NCBI GenBank assembly: GCA_016285345.1
Contig: JAEEQN010000010.1
Coordinates: 3,465-67,464 of the forward strand
Source: Victivallales bacterium
Lineage (GTDB): Bacteria; Verrucomicrobiota; Lentisphaeria; Victivallales; UBA1829
DNA: 64,000 nucleotides
Direction: 5' to 3'
Every line of letters begins with the position of its first letter. Position 1 is the first letter of the stretch. Shown in pieces: positions 19,380 through 26,662 of the stretch. The notes below the pieces were generated by a model. It saw nothing but the letters and a program-made list of their open reading frames with translations, did not search any database and was not told the origin of the DNA. The position numbers were made by a program, and so were the translations under genes.

Positions 19380-19445
19380 TCAGGCGGTAAATCGCCAGAA
19401 GAAGCCGTAAAATCGAATGCTGTTGTTCACGGAAATCGTTTTCAT
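19380..19445 (-). CDS. candidate aromatic-rich leader peptide (21 aa) MKTISVNNSIRFYGFFWRFTA
   Basis: Hand translation of the minus strand: ATG at 19445, TGA at 19382-19380. Six of eight consecutive codons (FYGFFWRF) encode Phe/Tyr/Trp. It lies between a promoter and two terminators upstream of an aromatic biosynthesis gene. It is too short for the ORF track. Confidence 0.55.
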   Translation of the reverse strand: MKTISVNNSIRFYGFFWRFTA

Positions 19446-19454
19446 AATGGTTTT

Positions 19455-19483
19455 ACTATACACCCGTTTTCCATAAAAGTCAA
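19455..19483 (-). promoter_or_regulatory. sigma70-like promoter of the leader/DAHPS-PDT transcript
   Basis: Minus strand TTGACT (19483-19478), 17 nt spacer, TATAGT (19460-19455). Only 9 nt separate the -10 box from the leader ATG, so the leader ORF would be nearly leaderless. Confidence 0.5.
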
Positions 19484-19694
19484 CCGCCCATCTCATCTTT
19501 TTTCGAGAAAAAACGATCTGCCGCTCGGACGTCTCTCCTACTCCTCCACACTCTGTTTCTCATCATCTTCATTCTGTTTTTCTGTTCATTCTATACGGAT
19601 AATCTTCTTTTTAAGCAAAGGTACTTGAAAAAGAATAAAATACTGCTATATTACTCTATACAATCTTAAACGTATTGTTAATCCGTCCGAGAAT

Positions 19695-21089
19695 ATGGAC
19701 AATCATTACCTGCCATGGAAAAAGGTTACCATTACCATGAATGAAAATTCTCAAATGTTCGAATACCCCCTTTTTCCTCCTGTCGTTCCCCAACGTTCTT
19801 TTGGAGAGAAAAAGGTTTTTTTCATTGACTTGTTTGCGGGGATTGGTGGCATTAGAAAAGGCTTTGAATTAGCATGCAAGGCTTTGGGTTTAGACTCTCA
19901 ATGTGTTTTTACATCAGAAATAAAACCTCATGCAATACAAGTCTTACAGCAGAATCATCCTGATGAAAGAGTTTTTGGAGATATTACAAAAATAGATGCA
20001 GCCATTATTCCCGATTTTGATTTTCTGCTTGCGGGCTTTCCCTGTCAAGCTTTTTCTTCCGCGGGGAAAAGACTTGGTTTTTTGGACACAAGAGGAACGC
20101 TTTTTTTTGAAGTAGAAAGAATTCTAAAAGAGAAAAAACCTTTTGGCTTTATTCTTGAAAATGTTGAGGGGCTTGTTAATCACGACAAAGAGAATCCGAA
20201 AGACAAAATCGGAGAAACACTGAAAACAATACTTCAGCATTTAGACTCGTTGGGATATAAAGTCTCATGGCGAGTCTTAAATGCCAAGAACTTCGGCGTT
20301 CCGCAGGAAAGAAAAAGGATATATATTGTCGGAACATCGAAAGAAAAGCCGGAATTAGATCATTTCCCTCACAGGACAAGTGTACTTGGAAACGTTCTTG
20401 AAAGCGGTTTGCCAACCGAAAAAACAGCTTTCATACAAAAAGTTCTTGATCATTACGCTATTGAAGAATTATATGGAAAATCTATAAAAGATAAACGTGG
20501 GGGAATTAATAATATTCATAGTTGGGATATAGAGTATAAAGGTTCTGTTTCCGCCGAGCAGAAACAATTACTGTCTCTTATGCTTAAAGAACGCAGAAAA
20601 AAACGTTGGGCAGAAGAATACGGAATTGATTGGATGGATGGAATGCCTCTGACTATTGATCAGATAAGAACTTTTTACAACAATCCAAATCTACAGGAGA
20701 TGTTGGAGGATCTCGTTAAAAAGAAATATATCAAATGTGAACATCCCAAAAAGAAAGTTGGAAATATTCGTGTTCAAGATAAAACACTCCCTTTGGGGTA
20801 CAATATCGTAGCGGGAAAAATGTCTTTTGAGATTAGCAAGATCCTCTCGCCCAAGGAAGTTGCCCCCACTCTTGTTGCCATGGATATGCAACATTTATTT
20901 GTCGCAGATCATGGAGGTTTACGCCCGTTATCTCTACGAGAAGGATTACGCCTTTTTGGATACCCGGATGATTTTAAATTTGATATTGCTCGTGATTTAG
21001 GATTTGACTTACTCGGCAATACCGTTGTAGTCCCTGTCATATCTGACGTGGCAACTCGCATTTTAAATATTTATACAAAAACACTTTAA
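19695..21089 (+). CDS. DNA (cytosine-5)-methyltransferase, type II
   Basis: 464-aa ORF. Motif I FIDLFAGIGGIRKGFE, IV GFPCQAFSSAG, VI ENV, VIII QERKRIYIVG, IX RPLSLREGLRLFGYPDDF, X GNTVVVPV. There is a long variable region between VIII and IX. The start may be 19695 or 19737. Confidence 0.92.
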   Translation: MDNHYLPWKKVTITMNENSQMFEYPLFPPVVPQRSFGEKKVFFIDLFAGIGGIRKGFELACKALGLDSQCVFTSEIKPHAIQVLQQNHPDERVFGDITKIDAAIIPDFDFLLAGFPCQAFSSAGKRLGFLDTRGTLFFEVERILKEKKPFGFILENVEGLVNHDKENPKDKIGETLKTILQHLDSLGYKVSWRVLNAKNFGVPQERKRIYIVGTSKEKPELDHFPHRTSVLGNVLESGLPTEKTAFIQKVLDHYAIEELYGKSIKDKRGGINNIHSWDIEYKGSVSAEQKQLLSLMLKERRKKRWAEEYGIDWMDGMPLTIDQIRTFYNNPNLQEMLEDLVKKKYIKCEHPKKKVGNIRVQDKTLPLGYNIVAGKMSFEISKILSPKEVAPTLVAMDMQHLFVADHGGLRPLSLREGLRLFGYPDDFKFDIARDLGFDLLGNTVVVPVISDVATRILNIYTKTL

Positions 21090-21099
21090 GGGGAAAAGA

Positions 21100-21834
21100 A
21101 TGCCTAGACTGTCTGCACAAGAATTGTACAATCGTCTATTACAAGAACATATTTATGATTTAACGGGTCAAATCAGATTTGAACTTGGAGATGTAAATAT
21201 CATTGTAAAGCAAAGGGACGTTGTTGGTAATATTATTCAAGAATGGCTACAAGGATGGCTTGACCTTAGAAGAATTGAGTATTCGGTTAATGAAAACACA
21301 CAAATGCCTCCGGATTTCTTTCTTGACCCTACAAATCTAACTCATAATATGCTCGAAGTAAAAGCGTTTTATCGCAATGCTTCTCCAGGTTTTGACATTG
21401 CGGACTTCCGCATGTATGAAGAAGAGATTATTGAAAGACCTTATATGCTTGACGTTGATTATCTCATTTTCGGATATGATATGAGTGATGATGGAATAGT
21501 AACAGTTAGAGACCTTTGGCTAAAGAAGGTTTGGGAAATAACACGACGAATGGAGAATTGGCCTCTCAATCTCCAGGTTAAAGCTGGAGTTGTTCATAAA
21601 ATACGCCCTGGGGTATGGTATACAGCAAACACAAGACAACAGTTTAGAATGTTTAATTGCCTCGAGGATTTTGTATCAGCTATTGAAGAAACGGTCTACC
21701 AAAATCCTAGAACTCACGATGCGGCCGCAACATGGCGGACATCATTCTCAAATAGTTATTTTCAGTTTTATCAAAGAAACATCATCATTCCCAGATGGCA
21801 AGACATTAGAGATAATTATGTGGTGAGGAATTAA
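21100..21834 (+). CDS. type II restriction endonuclease candidate (PD-(D/E)XK)
   Basis: 244-aa ORF, 10 nt after the methyltransferase stop, with the same AT-rich composition. PPDFFLD...(13 aa)...LEVKAF fits PD-X(n)-(D/E)XK. Its specificity is unknown. Confidence 0.6.
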   Translation: MPRLSAQELYNRLLQEHIYDLTGQIRFELGDVNIIVKQRDVVGNIIQEWLQGWLDLRRIEYSVNENTQMPPDFFLDPTNLTHNMLEVKAFYRNASPGFDIADFRMYEEEIIERPYMLDVDYLIFGYDMSDDGIVTVRDLWLKKVWEITRRMENWPLNLQVKAGVVHKIRPGVWYTANTRQQFRMFNCLEDFVSAIEETVYQNPRTHDAAATWRTSFSNSYFQFYQRNIIIPRWQDIRDNYVVRN

Positions 21835-21911
21835 CCCCCAACATAATTTCTTATTTTTATTGTCTAATACATCCTCCCCCAAAAGAGGAAATGTTGTTTT
21901 ATAGATAGAAT

Positions 21912-21951
21912 AAAAAAGCCTCGGCCTCAGAATTATCTCTTGAGCCGAGGC
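21912..21951 (-). terminator. terminator after the RloC-like gene (hairpin also usable for the convergent REase gene)
   Basis: gcctcggc (21918-21925) / gccgaggc (21944-21951) stem. On the minus strand it is followed by TTTTTT (plus-strand A6 at 21912-21917). Confidence 0.6.
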
Positions 21952-22001
21952 ATATGTCAAGTATTCTTTACAAAAAAGATTATTACATACCTATCTGAAA
22001 C

Positions 22002-24272
22002 TTATTGTGCTTGTTCAGTATTGTTTTGCGCACCAATCTTCTTCATCATCATATTATAATGTGACAAATGGCCGCTTACTTCAAAAATACGCTTAAAGAC
22101 CTTTTTATATTGATTCAAAGTATCTGTCTCTGGTTCAAACGCCAAATCATCTGGTATTGTATGAGATCCACCATTTATCCATTGAAACAAAGATTTGGCA
22201 ATTATCTTATCCTCTATGGAAACTATTTTCTTAATAATATCATCTTTGTCTTCCCCTCCAAGTAACGTAAAATAGAACTCAATGATTCGACGCATAACGT
22301 TTTGTATTGATATAAATGATGTTTCATTCTCTTCATTTAGCTCCCTCCAGAGCAATTCATAAGATGTCGCGATGGGATTCTTCATTCCATAAGGCTTAAT
22401 TGATGCTATATTATTGTTTTTTCTAATGATCCAATAATTCACAAAACTGCGTTCTATAGCCTTTCCTCCAACATGAGATGCTTCTTTATGAAAAAAGACA
22501 TTGTGAGTCAAAACAAACAGCTGAGTTGCTCTACAGGAGTTTGTATTGTCTTTAATTCTATCTATTAGCTCCTGCACCATATTGCTAACTATATACAAAA
22601 CAGTACTGTCTAAACTACAAATAGGATCGTCAAGAACAATGATTTTTTTATCAGCAATATGTCCTTGCTCTATTGATCCGTCAACTTTTTGCATAAAATA
22701 AAGGAATGTTAAAAAAGTTTCTTCTCCTTCACTCAATGTGTTTACTACTTTGGTTCCATCATCTCTCTTGATGCAGTAATAATTTTTCTTGTTATCTGCT
22801 GGTTGTATTGAGAAGTTTGTAAAGCCATATATACGAAGATAGTTGTTGATTTTGTTAATACTGGTTTCCACGCCAGTAAGTTTCTCTTCCCTTTCCTCAA
22901 TCTCTGTTTTAAGACGATTGATGTCCTGTTCCTTTCTGCTGATAGTAATATTTCTTCCTTTTATTTCTTTTTCAAACTTATCAATCTCTTTCAAATACGT
23001 TTTTATTAAGTCCTCTTCCTGAGAAAGGCATGTAGTCCATATGTCATCTGTAAGTCTTTTGGATTCTTGTGCATGATTATCAACTAGCTGATTATAATCT
23101 TCAATCATTTTATTAGCCAAAACAAACTGGTTTAGTATTTCATTAACCAAATCTGAAACATCTGCAATCACAATTTTCTTTCCTGGCTCGGATATTTTTT
23201 CTTCGATTGTTTTTATATTATTTTCCAATTTATCTTTTAACAAATCTTTTCTAGTTGCAAGCAATTCGACATTAAGTTGTCCAATCTGAACTGCAGCATC
23301 TCTATCTTGTATTACAGTTTCAAGTGCATAAACAATTTGTTTCGCGAAACCATCATAATAATCATGTTTTTCTTTTAAACAGTTCTTTTTTCTCTCATAC
23401 TCTTTATCAAAAAAGGACTCAAGTTTTTGTCTAAATTCATCTGTGATTGTTTCTTGCTGGCAGAAAGGGCATTTCCTTGAATTATCATGAAGATACTGGC
23501 GACCTTGACTAACCCACGAAGCATTATCAAGTTCTTTTATTAAAGCAGATATATTTACATCTGTATTACCTACTATGACACTTTCCCAAATACTGTCATT
23601 CTTGATTTGGTTAAGGTTAAAAAGGAGATCTTGAATATCTCTGACATAAAACATATTACATTTTTCGAGCTTTGAAGAATAGAGCGCTTGAGAACGCTTT
23701 AAAAGATCATCTCTGTCACATATTCTTCCCGGATCTCCCGATATACCTGTTTTACGTTTAATAACTTCTCCAGAAAAACGCTCTTTGCTTCCTCTAAAAC
23801 CTTCAAACGCTTTAGAAAAGTCTTTGTCATTCTTTTTTAGAATTCTCTCCCACACAGCATCCCTAAACTTTGCCTCACAAATAGGCTTGTCTTCTTTTTC
23901 ACATTTATCTAATAACCCTTTTTCAAATACTAAATCTTTTTCTTTTTGGTCCAAGGCTCTCATTAATTGGTCTATTTCCTCGTTTTCTTTTATATTTTCA
24001 CTCCCCAAGGTAAAAATCCCGGGCATTTCTTCTTGTAAATTCTCTTGTCGAAACTCCCTGTTATAAACCTCTATTGTCTCATGGTTAGGATTATCCCACT
24101 CAATAGAAGATGATTCAAACCGAGGATTATTATCAAGATATTTTTTAAGAAAGGTACTAATGGTTGATTTTCCGCTTCCGTTTGCGCCAAAAATGAAATT
24201 GACTTTCTTGCAATCAGAAATCTCTGCTTGCTGAAACGGAACGCAGTTGTTCATTTTGATTGATTTAATCAT
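22002..24272 (-). CDS. AAA_13/Rad50-like ABC ATPase with zinc hook and C-terminal PrrC/RloC-type anticodon-nuclease-like motif (RloC-like)
   Basis: 756-aa ORF. Walker A GANGSGKST. Long Lys/Glu-rich coiled-coil insert containing CPFCQQE (CxxC hook). ABC signature LSEGEETFLTFLYF. Walker B/D-loop KIIVLDDPICSLD. C-terminal MRRIIEFYF...NGGSHTIPDD gives R-x3-E then H 39 aa later. Confidence 0.75.
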   Translation of the reverse strand: MIKSIKMNNCVPFQQAEISDCKKVNFIFGANGSGKSTISTFLKKYLDNNPRFESSSIEWDNPNHETIEVYNREFRQENLQEEMPGIFTLGSENIKENEEIDQLMRALDQKEKDLVFEKGLLDKCEKEDKPICEAKFRDAVWERILKKNDKDFSKAFEGFRGSKERFSGEVIKRKTGISGDPGRICDRDDLLKRSQALYSSKLEKCNMFYVRDIQDLLFNLNQIKNDSIWESVIVGNTDVNISALIKELDNASWVSQGRQYLHDNSRKCPFCQQETITDEFRQKLESFFDKEYERKKNCLKEKHDYYDGFAKQIVYALETVIQDRDAAVQIGQLNVELLATRKDLLKDKLENNIKTIEEKISEPGKKIVIADVSDLVNEILNQFVLANKMIEDYNQLVDNHAQESKRLTDDIWTTCLSQEEDLIKTYLKEIDKFEKEIKGRNITISRKEQDINRLKTEIEEREEKLTGVETSINKINNYLRIYGFTNFSIQPADNKKNYYCIKRDDGTKVVNTLSEGEETFLTFLYFMQKVDGSIEQGHIADKKIIVLDDPICSLDSTVLYIVSNMVQELIDRIKDNTNSCRATQLFVLTHNVFFHKEASHVGGKAIERSFVNYWIIRKNNNIASIKPYGMKNPIATSYELLWRELNEENETSFISIQNVMRRIIEFYFTLLGGEDKDDIIKKIVSIEDKIIAKSLFQWINGGSHTIPDDLAFEPETDTLNQYKKVFKRIFEVSGHLSHYNMMMKKIGAQNNTEQAQ

Positions 24273-24632
24273 TGTGGTGTCCTTTCTGTGTTTTTTAAGC
24301 GTTTATCTCAGTTTTAAAATAACATTTTCTTTGAATTGATGCTACTATAGCATGTTTTATAAAAAAATCAACATATCATTAATGGAAAAGTGAAAGAAAA
24401 ACACACGATACACTAATATATATCAGCCTTTTTAAGCACAAAAAAAATAAGTTCCATGAGAACGGATATAAGACTCAAAGATCATGCCTGTGCAGGGGAA
24501 ACCATGTTTTACGTTTTCTGTCGGGGGATTGGCGAATTTTGTAAAGTTTTGGAGTGAATGGAGGCGGTTTTTCGGGCGGTTTTCTCTTGAAAGTCTGCTG
24601 AATATCGGTCAAAAATCTGCCTGAAACATGTT

Positions 24633-24648
24633 TGGCACGGGATATGCT
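24633..24648 (+). promoter_or_regulatory. sigma54 (-24/-12) promoter candidate for glnK-amt
   Basis: TGGCAC-GGGAT-ATGCT (consensus TGGCAC-N5-TTGCW), 46 nt upstream of the glnK ATG. A nitrogen-regulated operon is the expected context. Confidence 0.6.
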
Positions 24649-24693
24649 CATCCCTCCGGCGTAACCTCAAAATCCTTTCAGGAGAAACACAAC

Positions 24694-25035
24694 ATGAAAC
24701 TCATCATCGCGTACATCCAGCCCGACCGGCTGAATCCCGTCAAGCAGGCGCTTTACGCCCGCAGCATCTTCAAAATCTCCGTCACGAACGCGCTGGGCTG
24801 CGGCCAGCAGCGCGGATATGTTCACATGTGGCGCGGCGCGCTTCAGGAAGTCAACCTGCTGAAGAAGGTCCGCCTCGCGATCGCGGTCAACGACGAATTC
24901 GTCGAGACGACCATCGAAGGCATCTGCGAAGGCGCGCGCACCGGACACATCGGCGACGGCAAGATATTCGTGCTCCCCATGGACGAATGCATCCGCATCC
25001 GCACGGGCGAACGCGGCAACGAGGCAATCGGATAA
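24694..25035 (+). CDS. glnK: P-II family nitrogen regulatory protein
   Basis: [13 protein letters not shown]...[22 protein letters not shown] is collinear with GlnB/GlnK. AGGAG RBS at 24680. The track ORF starts earlier, at 24628. Confidence 0.9.
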   Translation: MKLIIAYIQPDRLNPVKQALYARSIFKISVTNALGCGQQRGYVHMWRGALQEVNLLKKVRLAIAVNDEFVETTIEGICEGARTGHIGDGKIFVLPMDECIRIRTGERGNEAIG

Positions 25036-25067
25036 CCCCGCAACATCGGAAAGGAATTCAATTCATT

Positions 25068-26444
25068 ATGAATAAGATGATGACAGCGGCTCTGATGAGC
25101 CTCGTTTTCGTTGGAATGTGCGCCGGAGCCGAGGAAGCGGCGGAAGCAGTCGCCGAAGTAGCAGTGGCAGCCGAAACGGTCCAGGAGGCCGCCGCACCCG
25201 CTCCCTCGACCGCCGATTATGCGATGTTCGCGGTCAACAACCTGTGGGTCATGGCGGGCGGCATGCTGGTCTTCCTGATGCACCTCGGTTTCGCGTGCGT
25301 GGAGTCCGGCCTGGCCCGCGCCAAGAACTGCAACAACATCCTCTTCAAGAACACCATGACTCCGGCGATCGGGTTCCTCTCCTACGCCGTCTGCGGATTC
25401 GCGCTCATGTACCCCGGCGTACACTGGATCTGGAACAACTGGTTCGGGTTCGCCGGATTCGGGCTGCACCTGCCCGCGGGCGATCCGATCGCGTACCACA
25501 ACGGCGAGTTCACGTACTGGACGGACTTCTTCTTCCAGGGGATGTTCGCCGCGACCGCCGCGACCATCGTGTCCGGCGCGGTCGCCGAACGCGTGAAACT
25601 GAGCAGCTACCTGATTTTCACGGCGGTCTACGTGTCGGTCGTGTACCCGATCGTCGGTTCGTGGGGCTGGGGCGGCGGCTGGCTCGACGCCATGCATTTC
25701 CACGATTTCGCCGGGTCCACCTTCGTGCACAGCGTCGGCGGCTGGGCCGCCCTCTCCGGCGTGATCCTGCTCGGACCGCGCATCGGCAAGTACGTCGACG
25801 GCAAGGTAATGCCCATCATGGGCCACAACATGCCGCTCGTGACCATCGGCGTCTTCCTGCTCTGGCTCGGCTGGTTCGGGTTCAACGGCGCATCCGCCCT
25901 GAACGCGGAGCCGCAGAAGGTCAGCCTCGTGCTCGTGAACACCATGATCGCGGCCAGCGCGGCGGTCGTCTCCAGCATGCTCACCAGCAAATTCATGCTG
26001 CACCACCCCGACCTCTCCATGACCATGAACGGCTGTCTCGCCGGTCTGGTCGGCATCACGGCCGGAGCGGACTGCGTGAGCGTGGGTTCGGCGGTCATCA
26101 TCGGCCTCATCGCAGGCGTCATCGTGGTTCCCGCGGTCGTCATGTTCGACCGGCTCCACCTCGACGACCCCGTCGGCGCGCTCTCCGTCCACCTGGTGAA
26201 CGGCGTCTGGGGCACGCTCGCGGTCGGCATCTTCTCCGTCGTACCGGAATACACGTTCAAGGTGCAGCTCCTCGGCGCGGCCGTCGTCGGCGCGGTGTCC
26301 TTCGTGTCCTCCTTCGCGATCTTCTTCGCGCTGAAGAAAATCACCGGCATCCGCGTCAGCGAGGAGGAAGAACTCCGCGGCCTCGACCTCTGCGAACACG
26401 GCGGCGAAGCCTATCCCGGATTCCAGTTCTTCGTCAACATGTAA
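25068..26444 (+). CDS. amt: ammonium transporter
   Basis: The in-frame ATG at 25068 (MNKMMTAALMSLVF..) gives a signal-like N-terminus. Amt blocks: LVFLMHLGFACVESG, FQGMFAATAATIVSGAVAERV, HSVGGWAAL, GFNGAS, VHLVNGVWGTLAVG. Confidence 0.92.
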   Translation: MNKMMTAALMSLVFVGMCAGAEEAAEAVAEVAVAAETVQEAAAPAPSTADYAMFAVNNLWVMAGGMLVFLMHLGFACVESGLARAKNCNNILFKNTMTPAIGFLSYAVCGFALMYPGVHWIWNNWFGFAGFGLHLPAGDPIAYHNGEFTYWTDFFFQGMFAATAATIVSGAVAERVKLSSYLIFTAVYVSVVYPIVGSWGWGGGWLDAMHFHDFAGSTFVHSVGGWAALSGVILLGPRIGKYVDGKVMPIMGHNMPLVTIGVFLLWLGWFGFNGASALNAEPQKVSLVLVNTMIAASAAVVSSMLTSKFMLHHPDLSMTMNGCLAGLVGITAGADCVSVGSAVIIGLIAGVIVVPAVVMFDRLHLDDPVGALSVHLVNGVWGTLAVGIFSVVPEYTFKVQLLGAAVVGAVSFVSSFAIFFALKKITGIRVSEEEELRGLDLCEHGGEAYPGFQFFVNM

Positions 26445-26446
26445 GG

Positions 26447-26578
26447 GGAGGCAGAGCCTCCACTGCGGTTGTGCTTGGCTACGCCCAAGCACACTGCAAG
26501 CAGTGACGAAACAGTGCCCGGCTACGCTCGGGCACACTGCAAGCAGTGACGAAACAGTGCCCGGCTACGCTCGGGCAC
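26447..26578 (+). repeat. composite palindromic (REP-like) element with tandemly amplified hairpin module
   Basis: Hairpin A GGAGGCAGAGCCTCC (26447-26461), then ACTGCGGTT. Hairpin B GTGCTTGGCTACGCCCAAGCAC (26471-26492). Then two perfect copies of ACTGCAAGCAGTGACGAAACA + GTGCCCGGCTACGCTCGGGCAC (26493-26535, 26536-26578). Confidence 0.85.
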
Positions 26579-26584
26579 GGAGAT

Positions 26585-26631
26585 AAAACAAAAAGCTCCG
26601 GCCTGCTCAAAGCGACCGGGGCTTTCTTTTG
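26585..26631. terminator. bidirectional terminator between amt (+) and the GH16 gene (-)
   Basis: GCTCCGG (26595-26601) / CCGGGGC (26616-26622) stem, flanked by an A-rich tract on the left and TTTCTTTT on the right. Confidence 0.55.
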
Positions 26632-26662
26632 TCAGAAAACGTAAAACGGGCCGATGAGCGGT

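Larger units (their letters stand above)
19490..24480. other. AT-rich genomic island 1 (restriction-modification plus RloC-like defence genes), approximate borders
   Basis: Abrupt, visible drop in GC relative to both flanks. All three genes inside are defence-type. No integrase, transposase or flanking direct repeat was found. Confidence 0.75.

Noticed and set aside
20101-20108. T8 homopolymer (and T7 at 19817, T6 at 20078) inside the methyltransferase gene, considered as phase-variation tracts.
   Set aside because: Runs of this length are expected in such AT-rich coding DNA. Known phase-variable R-M genes use longer G/C tracts or multi-copy short repeats. A single sequence gives no evidence of length heterogeneity.
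24843-26537. 564-aa minus-strand ORF and 462-aa plus-strand ORF (25118..26506) overlapping amt.
   Set aside because: These are antisense or out-of-frame artefacts. The in-frame Amt protein has all the conserved transporter blocks.
26471-26578. Regularly spaced 22-bp palindromes, considered as a mini CRISPR array.
   Set aside because: The 21-nt spacers are identical to each other, so this is a 43-bp tandem duplication. There are only three units, no cas genes, and the same hairpin occurs singly at other gene ends. It is a REP-like repeat, not a CRISPR array.
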